Below the pieces are notes generated by a model. The model was given only the letters and a program-made list of their open reading frames with translations. It did not search any database and was not told where the DNA came from. A stretch of DNA of 64,000 nucleotides, taken from positions 11,472,001 through 11,536,000 of the forward strand of contig NC_086101.1 of the NCBI RefSeq assembly GCF_963921235.1, read 5' to 3'. The translations under genes and the position numbers were made by a program. The DNA is from Mobula hypostoma. Its lineage: Eukaryota. Below are positions 1 through 10,029 of this stretch, in pieces (position 1 is the stretch's first letter; every line of letters starts with the position of its first letter).

Positions 1-330
1 TTGAACTGGGCGGTCACCGGAAAATCCGACCTTTTGTGGCGGGCAAAGCGAATGTGCTCGATGAAGCGTCCTCCAATCTACGTTGGATCTTACTGATGTA
101 GAGTGGGCCGGACCAGCGCACCAGATACAGTGGCTGACCCCGACAGTGTCGCAGATGGAGTGACGCCTCTGGGGACCTGAATGCTGGCCAGGGAGGACAT
201 GCAGGGGCAGGTGTAGCAATTGTCCTACTTGAAGGGATAGGTGCCCGGAGGGATGAGTGGGCAAGAGATCACTTAGAGAACAGTCTCTATGGAAAGTGGG
301 GGAAAAGATCCCCACGGGGACTCTGATGTT
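1..330 (-). mobile_element. Degenerate Penelope-like element fragment (GIY-YIG region)
   Basis: Reverse complement resembles 2480-2810 (LYIG/RRLGDRF/HFN region) with many substitutions. Confidence 0.65.
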
Positions 331-358
331 CTCTCTTTGTGTAAACGCGTATGGCAGT

Positions 359-655
359 TGGGCGGTGCGTTAGCCTAACTGTTAGAGCAACCCCTTTACA
401 GCACAGACTGGCAGTCGAGTCCCAGGTTTCCTCCGGGCACCCTGGTTTCCTCACATATTTTAGACAGGTAAATTTAGGCTTAGTGAGACATGGGTATGGT
501 ATTCTGGTGCTGAAAGCGTGGCGATACTTGCTGGCTGATCCCAGAACAACCCACCGACAGACTATGTCTGTCGTTGACACAGAATAACACCTTTCTATAT
601 GTTTGTACGTGTTTCCACATGTCATGTACACGTGACAAATAGAGCTAAGTTTAAA
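359..655 (+). mobile_element. tRNA-derived V-SINE-like element
   Basis: V-domain-like GGTTTCCTCCGGGCACCCTGGTTTCCTC and a tail ending ...GTGACAAATAGAGCTAA; similar copies elsewhere in the window. Confidence 0.7.
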
Positions 656-1137
656 GTTATCTTTCTCTGGTTCACTGTTCTTAATGCCCCGAATCCAAGA
701 AACCGCGTGCTGAGTGCGGCCTAATGGCGAAACGTGGGTCCATGTTCGGCTCCATTACTTGCTGATCTCGGCAATAAAAGCTTCACGTAAGTTTGAAATC
801 GACCAGAACAAGGGCGGAAGTCAAGCTGGTGATTAGTGCTGTCTGCCTGGGTTTGACTTCATACGAAAATAAGCATATAAGAAGCATATAAGAAGTATAA
901 GACTGATATCTACTACAAGCCTACTGACTCTCACAGCTATCTGGACTATTCCTCTTCTCACCCTGTCTCTTGCAAAAACGCCATCCCCTTCTCGCAATTC
1001 CTCCGTCTCCGCCGCATCTGCTCTCAGGATGAGGCTTTTCATTCTAGGAAGAGGGAGATGTCTTCGTTTTTTAAAGAAAGGGGCTTCCCTTCCTCCACTA
1101 TCAACTCTGCTCTTAAACGCAACTCCCCCATTTCACT

Positions 1138-2955
1138 AATCCTAACATTATTATTAAACCCGCTGATAAGGGGGGTGCTGTTGTAGTCTGGCGTACTGAC
1201 CTCTACCTTGCCGAGGCACAGCGACAACTCGCGGATACCTCCTCTTATTTACCCCTCAATCGTGACCCCACTAAGGAGCACCAGGCCATTGTCTCCCACA
1301 CTATCAACGACTTTATCGGCTCAGGGGATCTCCCATCCACTGCTACCAACCTTATAGTTCCCACACCCCGCACTTCCCGTTTCTACCTCCTACCCAAGAT
1401 CCACAAACCTGCCTGTCCTGGCCGACCTATTGTCTCAGCTTGCTCCTGCCCCACCGAACTCGTTTCTGCATACCTCGACACTGTTTTATCACCCCTTGTT
1501 CAATCCCTTCCGACCTATGTTCGTGACACTTCTCACGCTCTTAAACTTTTCGATGATTTTAAGTTCCCTGGCCCCCACCGCTTTATTTTCACCTTGGATG
1601 TCCAGTCCCTATATACTTCCATCCCCCATCAGGAAGGTCTCAAAGCTCTACGCTTCTTTTTGGATTCCAGACCTAATCAGTTCCCCTCTACCACCACTCT
1701 GCTCCGTCTAGCAGAATTAGTCCTTACTCTTAATAATTTCTCCTTTTGCTCCTCCCATTTCCTCCAAACTAAAGGTGTAGCTATGGGCACCCGTATGGGT
1801 CCTAGCTATGCCTGCCTTTTTGTTGGGTTTGTGGAACAATCTATGTTCCGTGCCTATTCTGGTATCTGTCCCCCACTTTTCCTTCGCTACATCGACGACT
1901 GCATTGGCGCTGCTTCCTGCACGCATGCAGAACTCGTTAACTTTATTAACTTTGCCTCCAACTTTCACCCTGCCCTCAAGTTTACCTGGTCCATTTCTGA
2001 CACCTCCCTCCCCTTTCTAGATCTTTCTGTCTCTGTCTCTGGAGACAGCTTATCCACTGATGTCTACTATAAGCCTACTGACTCTCACAACTATCTGGAC
2101 TATTCCTCTTCTCACCCTGTCTCTTGCAAAAACGCCATCCCCTTCTCGCAATTCCTCCGTCTCCGCCGCATCTGCTCTCAGGATGAGGCTTTTCATTCTA
2201 GGACGAGGGAGATGTCTTCCTTTTTTAAAGAAAGGGGCTTCCCTTCCTCCACTATCAACTCTGCTCTTAAACGCATCTCCCCCATTTCACGTACATCTGC
2301 TCTCACTCCATCCTCCCACCACCCCACTAGGAATAGGGTTCCCCTGGTCCTCACCTACCACCCCACCAGCCTCCGGGTCCAACATATTATTCTCCGTAAC
2401 TTCCGCCACCTCCAACGGGATCCCACCACTAAGCATATCTTTCCCTCCCCGCCTCTCTCTGCATTCCGCAGGGATCGCTCCCTACACAACTCCCTTGTCC
2501 ATTCGTCCCCCCCATCCCTCCCCACTGATCTCCCTCCTGGCACTTATCCGTGTAAGCGGAACAAGTGCTACACATGCCCTTACACTTCCTCCCTTACCAC
2601 CATTCAGGGCCCCAAACAGTCCTTCCAGGTGAGGCATCACTTCACCTGTGAGTCGACTGGGGTGATATACTGCGTCCGGTGCTCCCGATGTGGCCTTTTA
2701 TATATTGGTGAGACCCGACGCAGACTGGGAGACCGCTTTGCTGAACATCTACGCTCTGTCCGCCAGAGAAAGCAGGATCTCCCAGTGGCCACACATTTTA
2801 ATTCCACATCCCATTCCCATTCTGACATGTCTATCCACGGCCTCCTCTACTGTAAAGATGAAGCCACACTCAGGTTGGAGGAACAACACCTTATATTCCG
2901 TCTGGGTAGCCTCCAACCTGATGGCATGAACATTGACTTCTCTAACTTCCGCTAG
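1138..2955 (+). CDS. Penelope-like reverse transcriptase + GIY-YIG endonuclease (N-terminally truncated, uninterrupted frame)
   Basis: Frame is open from the insertion edge: IIIKPADKGG, FYLLPKIHK, GRPIVS, LDVQSLYT, GVAMGTRMGP, RYIDD, FLDL, linker CKRNKCYTC, VIY...LYIGETRRRLGDRFAEH, GMN. ORF track 1594-2955 is the same frame. Confidence 0.93.
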   Translation, partial: NPNIIIKPADKGGAVVVWRTDLYLAEAQRQLADTSSYLPLNRDPTKEHQAIVSHTINDFIGSGDLPSTATNLIVPTPRTSRFYLLPKIHKPACPGRPIVSACSCPTELVSAYLDTVLSPLVQSLPTYVRDTSHALKLFDDFKFPGPHRFIFTLDVQSLYTSIPHQEGLKALRFFLDSRPNQFPSTTTLLRLAELVLTLNNFSFCSSHFLQTKGVAMGTRMGPSYACLFVGFVEQSMFRAYSGICPPLFLRYIDDCIGAASCTHAELVNFINFASNFHPALKFTWSISDTSLPFLDLSVSVSGDSLSTDVYYKPTDSHNYLDYSSSHPVSCKNAIPFSQFLRLRRICSQDEAFHSRTREMSSFFKERGFPSSTINSALKRISPISRTSALTPSSHHPTRNRVPLVLTYHPTSLRVQHIILRNFRHLQRDPTTKHIFPSPPLSAFRRDRSLHNSLVHSSPPSLPTDLPPGTYPCKRNKCYTCPYTSSLTTIQGPKQSFQVRHHFTCESTGVIYCVRCSRCGLLYIGETRRRLGDRFAEHLRSVRQRKQDLPVATHFNSTSHSHSDMSIHGLLYCKDEATLRLEEQHLIFRLGSLQPDGMNIDFSNFR

Positions 2956-3251
2956 GCCCCACCTCCCCCTCGTACCCCATCTGTTACTCTTTTTAATGCA
3001 CACATTCTTTCTCTCACTCTCCTTTTTCTCCCTCTGTCCCTCTGAATATACCTCTTGCCCATCCTCTGGGTCTTCCCCCCCCCCCCGTCTTTCTTCCCAG
3101 ACCTCCTGTCCCATGATCCTCTCGTATCCCCTTCTGCCTATCACCTGTCCAGCTCTCGGCTCCATCCCTCCCCCTCCTGTCTTCTCCTATCATTTTGCAT
3201 CTCCCCCTCCCCCTCCAGCTTTCAAATCCCTTACTCACTCTTCCTTCAGTT

Positions 3252-3287
3252 AGTCCTGACGAAGGGTCTCGGCCTGAAACGTCGACT
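3252..3287 (+). ncRNA. Minimal type I hammerhead ribozyme
   Basis: AGTC-CTGACGA-AGG(GTCTCGG)CCT-GAAA-CG-TC^GACT: helix I AGTC/GACT, both catalytic boxes intact, palindromic ACGT in place of helix III; predicted cleavage after 3283. Confidence 0.88.
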
Positions 3288-4353
3288 GCGCCTCTTCCTA
3301 TAGATGCTGCCTGGCCTGCTGCGTTCACCAGCAACTTTGATGTATGTTGCTTGAATTTCCAGCATCTGCAGAATTCCTGTTGTTCCCCCATTTCACATAC
3401 ATCTGCTCTCACTCCATCCTCCCACCACCCCACTAGGAATAGGGTTCCCCTGGTCCTCACCTACCACCCCACCAGCCTCCGGGTCCAACATATTATTCTC
3501 CGTAACTTCCGCCACCTCCAACGGGATCCCACCACTAAGCACATCTTTCCCTCCCCCCCCCCCGCATTCCACAGGGATCGCTCCCTACGCAACTCCCTTG
3601 TCCATTCGTCCCCCCCCATCCCTCCCCACTGATCTCCCTCCTGGCACTTATCCGTGTAAGCGGAACAAGTGCTACACATGCCCTTACACTTCCTCCCTTA
3701 CCACCATTCAGGGCCCCAAACAGTCCTTCCAGGTGAGGCATCACTTCACCTGTGAGTCGACTGGGATGATATACTGCGTCCTGTGCTCCCGATGTGGCCT
3801 TTTATATATTGGCGAGACCCGACGCAGACTGGGAGACCGCTTTGCTGAACATCTACGCTCTGTCCGCCAGAGAAAGCAGGATCTCCCAGTGGCCACACAT
3901 TTTAATTCCACATCCCATTCCCATTCTGACATGTCTATCCACGGCCTCCTCTACTGTAAAGATGAAGCCACACTCAGGTTGGAGGAACAACACCTTATAT
4001 TCCGTCTGGGTAGCCTCCAACCTGATGGCATGAACATCGACTTCTCTAACTTCCGCTAATGCCCCACCTCCCCCTCGTACCCCATCTGTTACTCATTTTT
4101 ATGCACACATTCTTTCTCTCACTCTCCTTTTTCTCCCTCTGTCCCTCTGAATATACCTCTTGCCCATCCTCTGGGTCACCCCCCCCTTGTCTTTCTTCCC
4201 AGACCTCCTGTCCCATGATCCTCTCGTATCCCCTTTTGCCTATCACCTGTCCAGCTCTTGACTCCATCCCTCCCCCTCCTGTCTTCTCCTATCATTTTGG
4301 ATCTCCCCCTCCCCCTCCAACTTTCAAATCCCTTACTCACTCTTCCTTCAGTT

Positions 4354-4389
4354 AGTTCTGACGAAGGGTCTTGGCCTGAAACGTCGACT
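4354..4389 (+). ncRNA. Minimal type I hammerhead ribozyme (second copy)
   Basis: AGTT-CTGACGA-AGG(GTCTTGG)CCT-GAAA-CG-TC^GACT; helix I has one U.G pair. Confidence 0.82.
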
Positions 4390-4487
4390 GCACCTCTTCC
4401 TACAGATGCTGCTTGGCCTGCTGCGTTCACCAGCAACTTTGATGTATGTTGCTTGAATTTCCAGCATCTGCAGAATTCCTGTTGTTT

Positions 4488-5410
4488 GCATATAAGAAGT
4501 AGGAGCAGGAGTCGGCCATCTGGCCTGTCGAGCCTGCTCTGCCTTTCAGAAAGATCATGGCTGATCTGGCCATGGACTCATCCCCACCTACCTGCCTTTT
4601 CCCCATAACACCTAATTCCCCTACTATGCAAAAATCTATTCAACCTTGTCTTATATTTACTGAGGTAGCCTCCACTGCTTCATTGGGCAGAGAATTCCGC
4701 AGATTCACCACTCTCTGGGAAAAGCAGTTCCTCCTCATCTTCGTCCTAAATCTACTCCCCTGAATCTTGAGGCTATGTCCCCTAGTTCTAGTCTCACCCA
4801 GCAGTGGAAACAACTTTCCTGCTTCTGTCTTATCTATCCCTTTAATGATGTTATATGTTTCTATAAGATCTCCTCTCATTCTTCTGAATTTCAGTGAATA
4901 CTGTCTCAAGCGACTCAATCTCTCCTTCACGAGGAAGTCTGCAGATGCTGGAAATTCGAGCAACACACACAAAATGCTGGTGGAATGGAGCAGGCCAGGC
5001 AGCATCTACAGGAAGAAGTACAGTCGACGTTTCGGGCCGAGTCCCGACTAAGGGTCTCGGCCCGAAACGTCGACTGTACCTCTTCCTATAGATGCTGCCT
5101 GGCCTGCTGCATTCCACCAGCATTTTGTGTGTATTGCTTCAATCTCTCCTTATAGTCTAACCCCCTCATCTCTGGAATCAACCTGGTGAGCTTCATCTGC
5201 ACCACCTCCAAAGCTAGCATATCTTTCCTCAAGTAAGGAGACCAGAACTACATGCAGTACTCCACGTATGGCCTCACCATTACCCTGTACAGTTGCAGTA
5301 TAACCTCCCTACTCTTAAATATAATTCTCGCAATGAAGGCCAGCATTCCATTTGCCTTCTTGATAGCCTGCTGCACCTGCAAACCAACCTTTTCCAGTTC
5401 ATGCACAAGC
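4488..5410 (-). mobile_element. CR1/HER1-type LINE 3' fragment
   Basis: RRMRGDLIETY...TRGHSLKI...FSQRVVNL on minus strand; its repeat tail continues at ~871-897 across the PLE insertion. Confidence 0.88.
4928..5138. mobile_element. Fold-back (inverted-repeat) PLE 3'-end mini-insertion
   Basis: Two arms of the PLE 3' end in opposite orientation meeting at ~5040; TSD TCAATCTCTCCTT at 4915-4927 and 5139-5151. Confidence 0.9.
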
Positions 5411-5653
5411 ACTCCTAACTCAATCCTCCTGCAGCATGGTCACAGTCATCTCGTTGCCTCCACTGACACTGCTTGACCTGTTCTACCACACTATTTTGCA
5501 CTACGTAGATATTTTCTTGTGGTAACATGTCATGCTGCCTCAAAACACCAATTTCACGACGTACATCAGTGATAATAAATCCGATTTTGATTCTCGATCT
5601 TGGCCCTCACCGGGAGATCCTGATTTCCAAAAGTGCGGTGGGCAGAATTGTCT

Positions 5654-6095
5654 TTCTTTTTAAATTTTTTTATTGAATTACTACACAAAAGGTAAAACAT
5701 ATAGCAACCAATACATTGTTACGATATAAATATACCAGTAATATTAATACAAAACAATGCAAACAACGTAAGTTAGTTATAAAATAACAAGGTAATATAG
5801 TTGTATACTCATTTTCCATATATATCGACAAAGGAGAAAAAAAAACAGAAAAAAACCCCAAAAAAAACCCACCGTGCAACTAACCTACAAAGCAAAGCAA
5901 AGCAATGGGCTAACTAGGTACATAGTAGACTTAAACAGCTTAAACAATCACGTCCTCAAACCCGACCTCTACTAATAGCAGATAAAATCCTCGAAGGGAG
6001 TGTATATATATGATCAGAGAGAAAAAAATAGTTACATTAAATGAAAATATTGAATAAAAGATCGCCAGGTCAGTTCAAATTGAACTGAAGTATAC
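5654..6095 (-). mobile_element. L1-type LINE 3' end
   Basis: Minus strand reads ...VQFELTWRSFIQYFHLM* (L1 ORF2-like end), then an AT-rich UTR, AATAAA and A-rich tail. Confidence 0.65.
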
Positions 6096-6714
6096 TGTGG
6101 GCAGAATTGGAGCCAAGCCTCTATCGCTCAGCTGTGGAGACGTTCCTGTAGCTTGTAATTTCCCCTCCAGTTGGTGACCTGCCAGAGTTTCTGTTTATAG
6201 CTCTTTGCACTCAGCTTTGCTTCCTTACTCGCCCATAGAGTCTTTCAGAAGATATATTACTCATTGGTCACCTTCACCCCCATGCATAGTTCTATTCTTC
6301 TCTTGTCTTCTGTCTCACCTAATAGCTTGGCACTCTAATCGTTAATCATTACAGTTCCTTATCTGGGTTAAGTCTGGTAACACACAACTGTAATTCTATC
6401 CCATTGACTTCTCATTCTGAAACTTGACTTCCTTCGAAACCAATTGAGCTAAATTTGCTCTTCACTCTTTGAAAGCCAGTTTCAAGCCAGCTGTTAACCA
6501 GGTTTCTTTTTGGAGCCTTTCATGATAATAATCCAGCGATGATCGCTTCACCTGCCTGGCCCACTTTGTCTCTCATCCATCGATCCTGTTCTGGGGGGAG
6601 TTGATGATCAGCTCAATAGGGGAAGCTCTGGGATGACTATATTGCCAAGAAAATGAAGCATTATTTTGTCCAGAAGGGGTAAGGCTAATATTCTCCCCGA
6701 AGAGCAATTGTGAA

Positions 6715-7650
6715 TTTAGAGATAACATTTGACTTTGCCTCTCACATGTATATCGGAACATACTATGAAACGTGTCATTTGCATCAATAACCAACACAGC
6801 CTGAGGATGTGCTGGAGAAGCCTGCAAGTGTCGCCAAAATTCTAGCACCATCGTAGCGTGACTGCAATTTACTACCCTAAGCCATATATCTTTGGAATGA
6901 TTATGATTATGATTATGATTATGAGGACACGCAGTCCCCTTTTATTGTCATTTAGTAATGCATGCATTAAGAAATGATAAAATGTTTTTCCAGAATTATA
7001 TCACGAAAACACATGACAAACCAACTTAAAAACTAACAAAAACCACATAATTATAACATATAGTTACAACAGTGCAAAGCAATACCGTAATTTGATAAGA
7101 CCAGACCATGGCACAGGAAAAGTCTCAAAGTCTCTCGAAAGTCTCATCATCTCACGCAGACGGTAAACCTCCAGCGCCGCCAACTTGCCGATGCAGCATC
7201 CCGGAAACATCTGACCACAGTCCGACTCCGAGCCTCCGACCACCTCTTCGACACCAAGCATCGAGCACCACCTCTGCTGAGCGCTTCGACCCCGGCCCCA
7301 GCAACAGGTAATATGCAAAGCCAAGAATTTGGGGCCTTCATCTCCGGAGATTCTCGATCGCACAGTATCAGCGGCAGCGAAGCAGGCATTTCAGAAGTTA
7401 CTCCAGATGTTCCTCTGCGCTTCTCATGGCTGTCCCCATCAAATCAGGATTGTGCACGGCCCCCTAGTTACACATAATCAATATTCATTCAGAAACGGCC
7501 ACACGTGCTGCATCGTGCCGCCATCTTCTCCACCCAGAATGTGGGAGGAAACCGGAGCACCCAGAGGAAACCCACGCAGTCACAGGAAGTTTATACAAAC
7601 TCCTTATGGAGAGCAGCAGGAACTGAACCCGGGCCACTAGTGTTGACTGC
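6715..7650 (-). mobile_element. V-SINE-like element split by the 6900-7537 insertion
   Basis: ...TCTTTGGAATG at ~6890 resumes as GAATGTGGGAGGAAACCGGAGCACCCAGAGGAAACCC at ~7537 (V-domain, reverse). Confidence 0.75.
6900..7537 (-). mobile_element. Non-autonomous retroposon with (CATAAT)n tail
   Basis: (ATTATG)n at 6900-6923, terminal hairpin, poly(A) signal on minus; second copy at 20441-21445. Confidence 0.7.
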
Positions 7651-8199
7651 GTATGTCATCAAGGTGCCCTCGCTAAAATGGAGTCAATGGGAATTCGGGG
7701 GAAACCCCTCCACTGGTTGGAATCATACCTGACACACAGGAAGATGGTTGTTGTGGTTGGAGGTCAATCATCCCATCCTCAGGACAGCACTGCAGGAGTT
7801 CCTCAGGGAAGTGTAACCCAGATTAATTAAACCCAAAGCTGTCATGTTAGGAAGCTCCACCTGCGGAGGGATGAAAATGAGGTTTTCCGATTTTAAAAAA
7901 AGAGAATTTGAAAAAAGGGCTATACGAGAAGGAGGTGTGGCTGGTGCAGGTGCAGACAAGGAGAGAAATGCAGCAACGATTAGAAGCTGTAGACATGAAA
8001 TGTTAAGAGTGGAATTAGTAGTGAGTATCTTTACCCTACTAACGAAAACCTCAGGGTGAAACCCCTGGAGGAGAGACAATAGCGATAAAAAATTTATTGA
8101 AACTACGGCTGTAACACACAGCCACTATAACAAGACAATATCGACAGAGACGCGTGTCCAAGATCCCTACTGTGTAATCAGGAATTGATTACAATTACA

Positions 8200-9380
8200 A
8201 CTTCGTAAGGTAAAGGAAACAAGAAGGGTAGTTATGGAAAGTATGACAATTAGAGAAGAGGAAGTACTGGCACTTTTAAGGAATATAAAAGTGGATAAAT
8301 CTCTGGGTCCGGACAAGATATTCCCTAGGACCTTGAGGGAAGTTAGTGTCGAAATTGCAGGGGCTCTGACAGAAATATTTCAAAAGTCATTAGAAACGGG
8401 GATGGTGCCAGAGGATTGGCGTATTGCTCATGTGGTTCCATTGTTTAAAAAGGGTTCTAAGAGTAAACCTAGCAATTATCGGCCTGTGAGTTTGACGTCA
8501 GTGGTGGGTAAATTGATGGAAAGTATTATTAGAGATGGTATATATAATTACCTGGATAGACAGGGTCTGATTAGGAACAATCAACATGAATTGTGTGTGG
8601 AAGGTCATGTTTGACAAATGTTATTGAATCTTTTGATGAAGTTACTAAGAAAGTTGACGAGGGTAAAGCAGTGGATGTTGTCTATATGGACTTCAGTAAG
8701 GCCTTTGACAAGGTTCCACACGGAAGGTTAGTTAGGAAGGTTCAATCATTAGGCATTAATATCAAAGTAGTAAAATGGATTCAGCAGTAGCTAGATGGGA
8801 GACGCCAGAGCGTAGTGGTGGATAACTGTGTGTCAGATTGGAGGACGGTGTGTAGCGGTATGCCTCAGGGATCTGAACTGGGTCCAATGTTATTTGTCAT
8901 ATACATTAATGATCTGGATGATGGGGTGGTAAATTGGATTAGTAATTATGCAGATGATACTAAGATAGGTGGAGTTGTGGATGATGAAGTAGGTTTTCAA
9001 AGCTTGCAGCGAGATTTAGGCCAGTTAGAAGAGTGGGCTGAAAGATGGCAGATGGAGTTTAATGCTGATAAATGTGAGGTGCTACATTTTGGTAGGACTA
9101 ATCAAAACAGGGCATACATGGTAAATGGTAGGGCATTAAAGAATGCAGTAGAACAGAGGGATCTAGGAATAATGGTGCATAGTTCCCTGAAGGTGGAATC
9201 TCATGTGGTTAGGGTGATGAAGAAAGCTTTTGGTATGCTGGCCTTTATAAATCAGAGCACTGAGTATAGGAGTTGGGATGTAATGTTGAAATTATATAAG
9301 GCATTGGTAAGGCCAAATTTGGAGTATTGTGTACAGTTCTGGTCACCGAATTATAGGAAAGATGTCAATAAAATTGAGAG
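8200..9380 (+). mobile_element. CR1-type LINE ORF2 (RT) fragment, disrupted
   Basis: ORFs 8234-8614, 8593-8790, 8815-9486: NYRPVSLTS, DFSKAFDKV, PQGS, YADD, LVRPNLEY. Confidence 0.92.
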
Positions 9381-9600
9381 AAGACCGCCGCAGAGGCTGC
9401 TGAGCGAACAGCCAGCCTCCAGACGACTATGGATCAAGAAGTGTGATCCATGGGCCCATAAAGTGAGGACAGAAGCCCGAGCCTAATCAACCTTGGCTGG
9501 GTCATCTGGGCGAGAGTGTCTGATGCTGAAAGACCCAAAACTCCCATTAACCCCAGGTTACATTACTGATGGTATGTTCTGGCGCATCCTATATATCTCA
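9381..9600 (+). mobile_element. HERO/R2-like (RLE) non-LTR retrotransposon 3' end
   Basis: Degenerate EAAER..ASRRLWIKK.DPW plus a 3' UTR similar to the reverse complement of 44960-45140. Confidence 0.55.
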
Positions 9601-10029
9601 GGATCAGTCACACGTGGGCAATGAGTGACCGTTCTGTACATTGGATTTGGCTCAACCAGGAGGAGACACTGCTGAGAAGTGTCCTTCGAGTCTGGCTGTT
9701 TCTAAGGAGGGTAAGGTGGGTCTACCATTAGTCCATTAACCACTTCTATCATACTCATCTTCAGCCCTTTAACTCTTCCAGCTATCATCTCCAAACTTCA
9801 TATTCACTCCCCACCCCGCCGCTAACCACACACCTTCCATCTCACTTTGTCACCTGCTACCTATCTCACCTATGACCTGCTACCTTGTACTCCTTCCCTT
9901 AACCACACTCCCTGCCACCACCAGCTTTTTCCCCCTTTCCCATTTCTGATGGAGTCTTGGCCCAAATCATTGACTAGTTATTCCCCGCCCCCCCCCCCAC
10001 CATAGATGGGGTTTGACCTGCTATCATCC

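Larger units (their letters stand above)
1137..3383 (+). mobile_element. Penelope-like element B (Neptune-type), 5'-truncated, nested in A
   Basis: 13-bp TSD TCCCCCATTTCAC at 1124-1136 and 3384-3396; RT + GIY-YIG ORF, pyrimidine-rich 3' UTR, hammerhead, terminus ...CAGCATCTGCAGAATTCCTGTTGT. Confidence 0.92.
898..4487 (+). mobile_element. Penelope-like element A (5'-truncated; 898-1136 joined to 3384-4487), host of nested copy B
   Basis: Flanked by direct repeat GCATATAAGAAGTA (884-897, 4488-4501). 901-1136 matches 2056-2290 and 3384-4487 resumes at the same point. The 3' part encodes the Zn-knuckle and GIY-YIG domain (ORF 3598-4059, frameshifted upstream). Confidence 0.9.

Noticed and set aside
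1594..2955. Host gene, retron or telomerase
   Set aside because: RT + GIY-YIG with TSDs and multiple truncated copies identifies a Penelope-like element; the ORF-track start at 1594 is a TTG inside a longer open frame.
2749..4608. Multiple Pro/Ser- or Gly/Arg-rich ORFs
   Set aside because: Alternative frames and antisense reads of the compositionally biased PLE ORF and UTR.
4928..5138. DNA-transposon MITE or pre-miRNA
   Set aside because: Arms are unequal PLE 3'-end sequence, the termini are not TIRs, and the TSD length matches the other PLE insertions.
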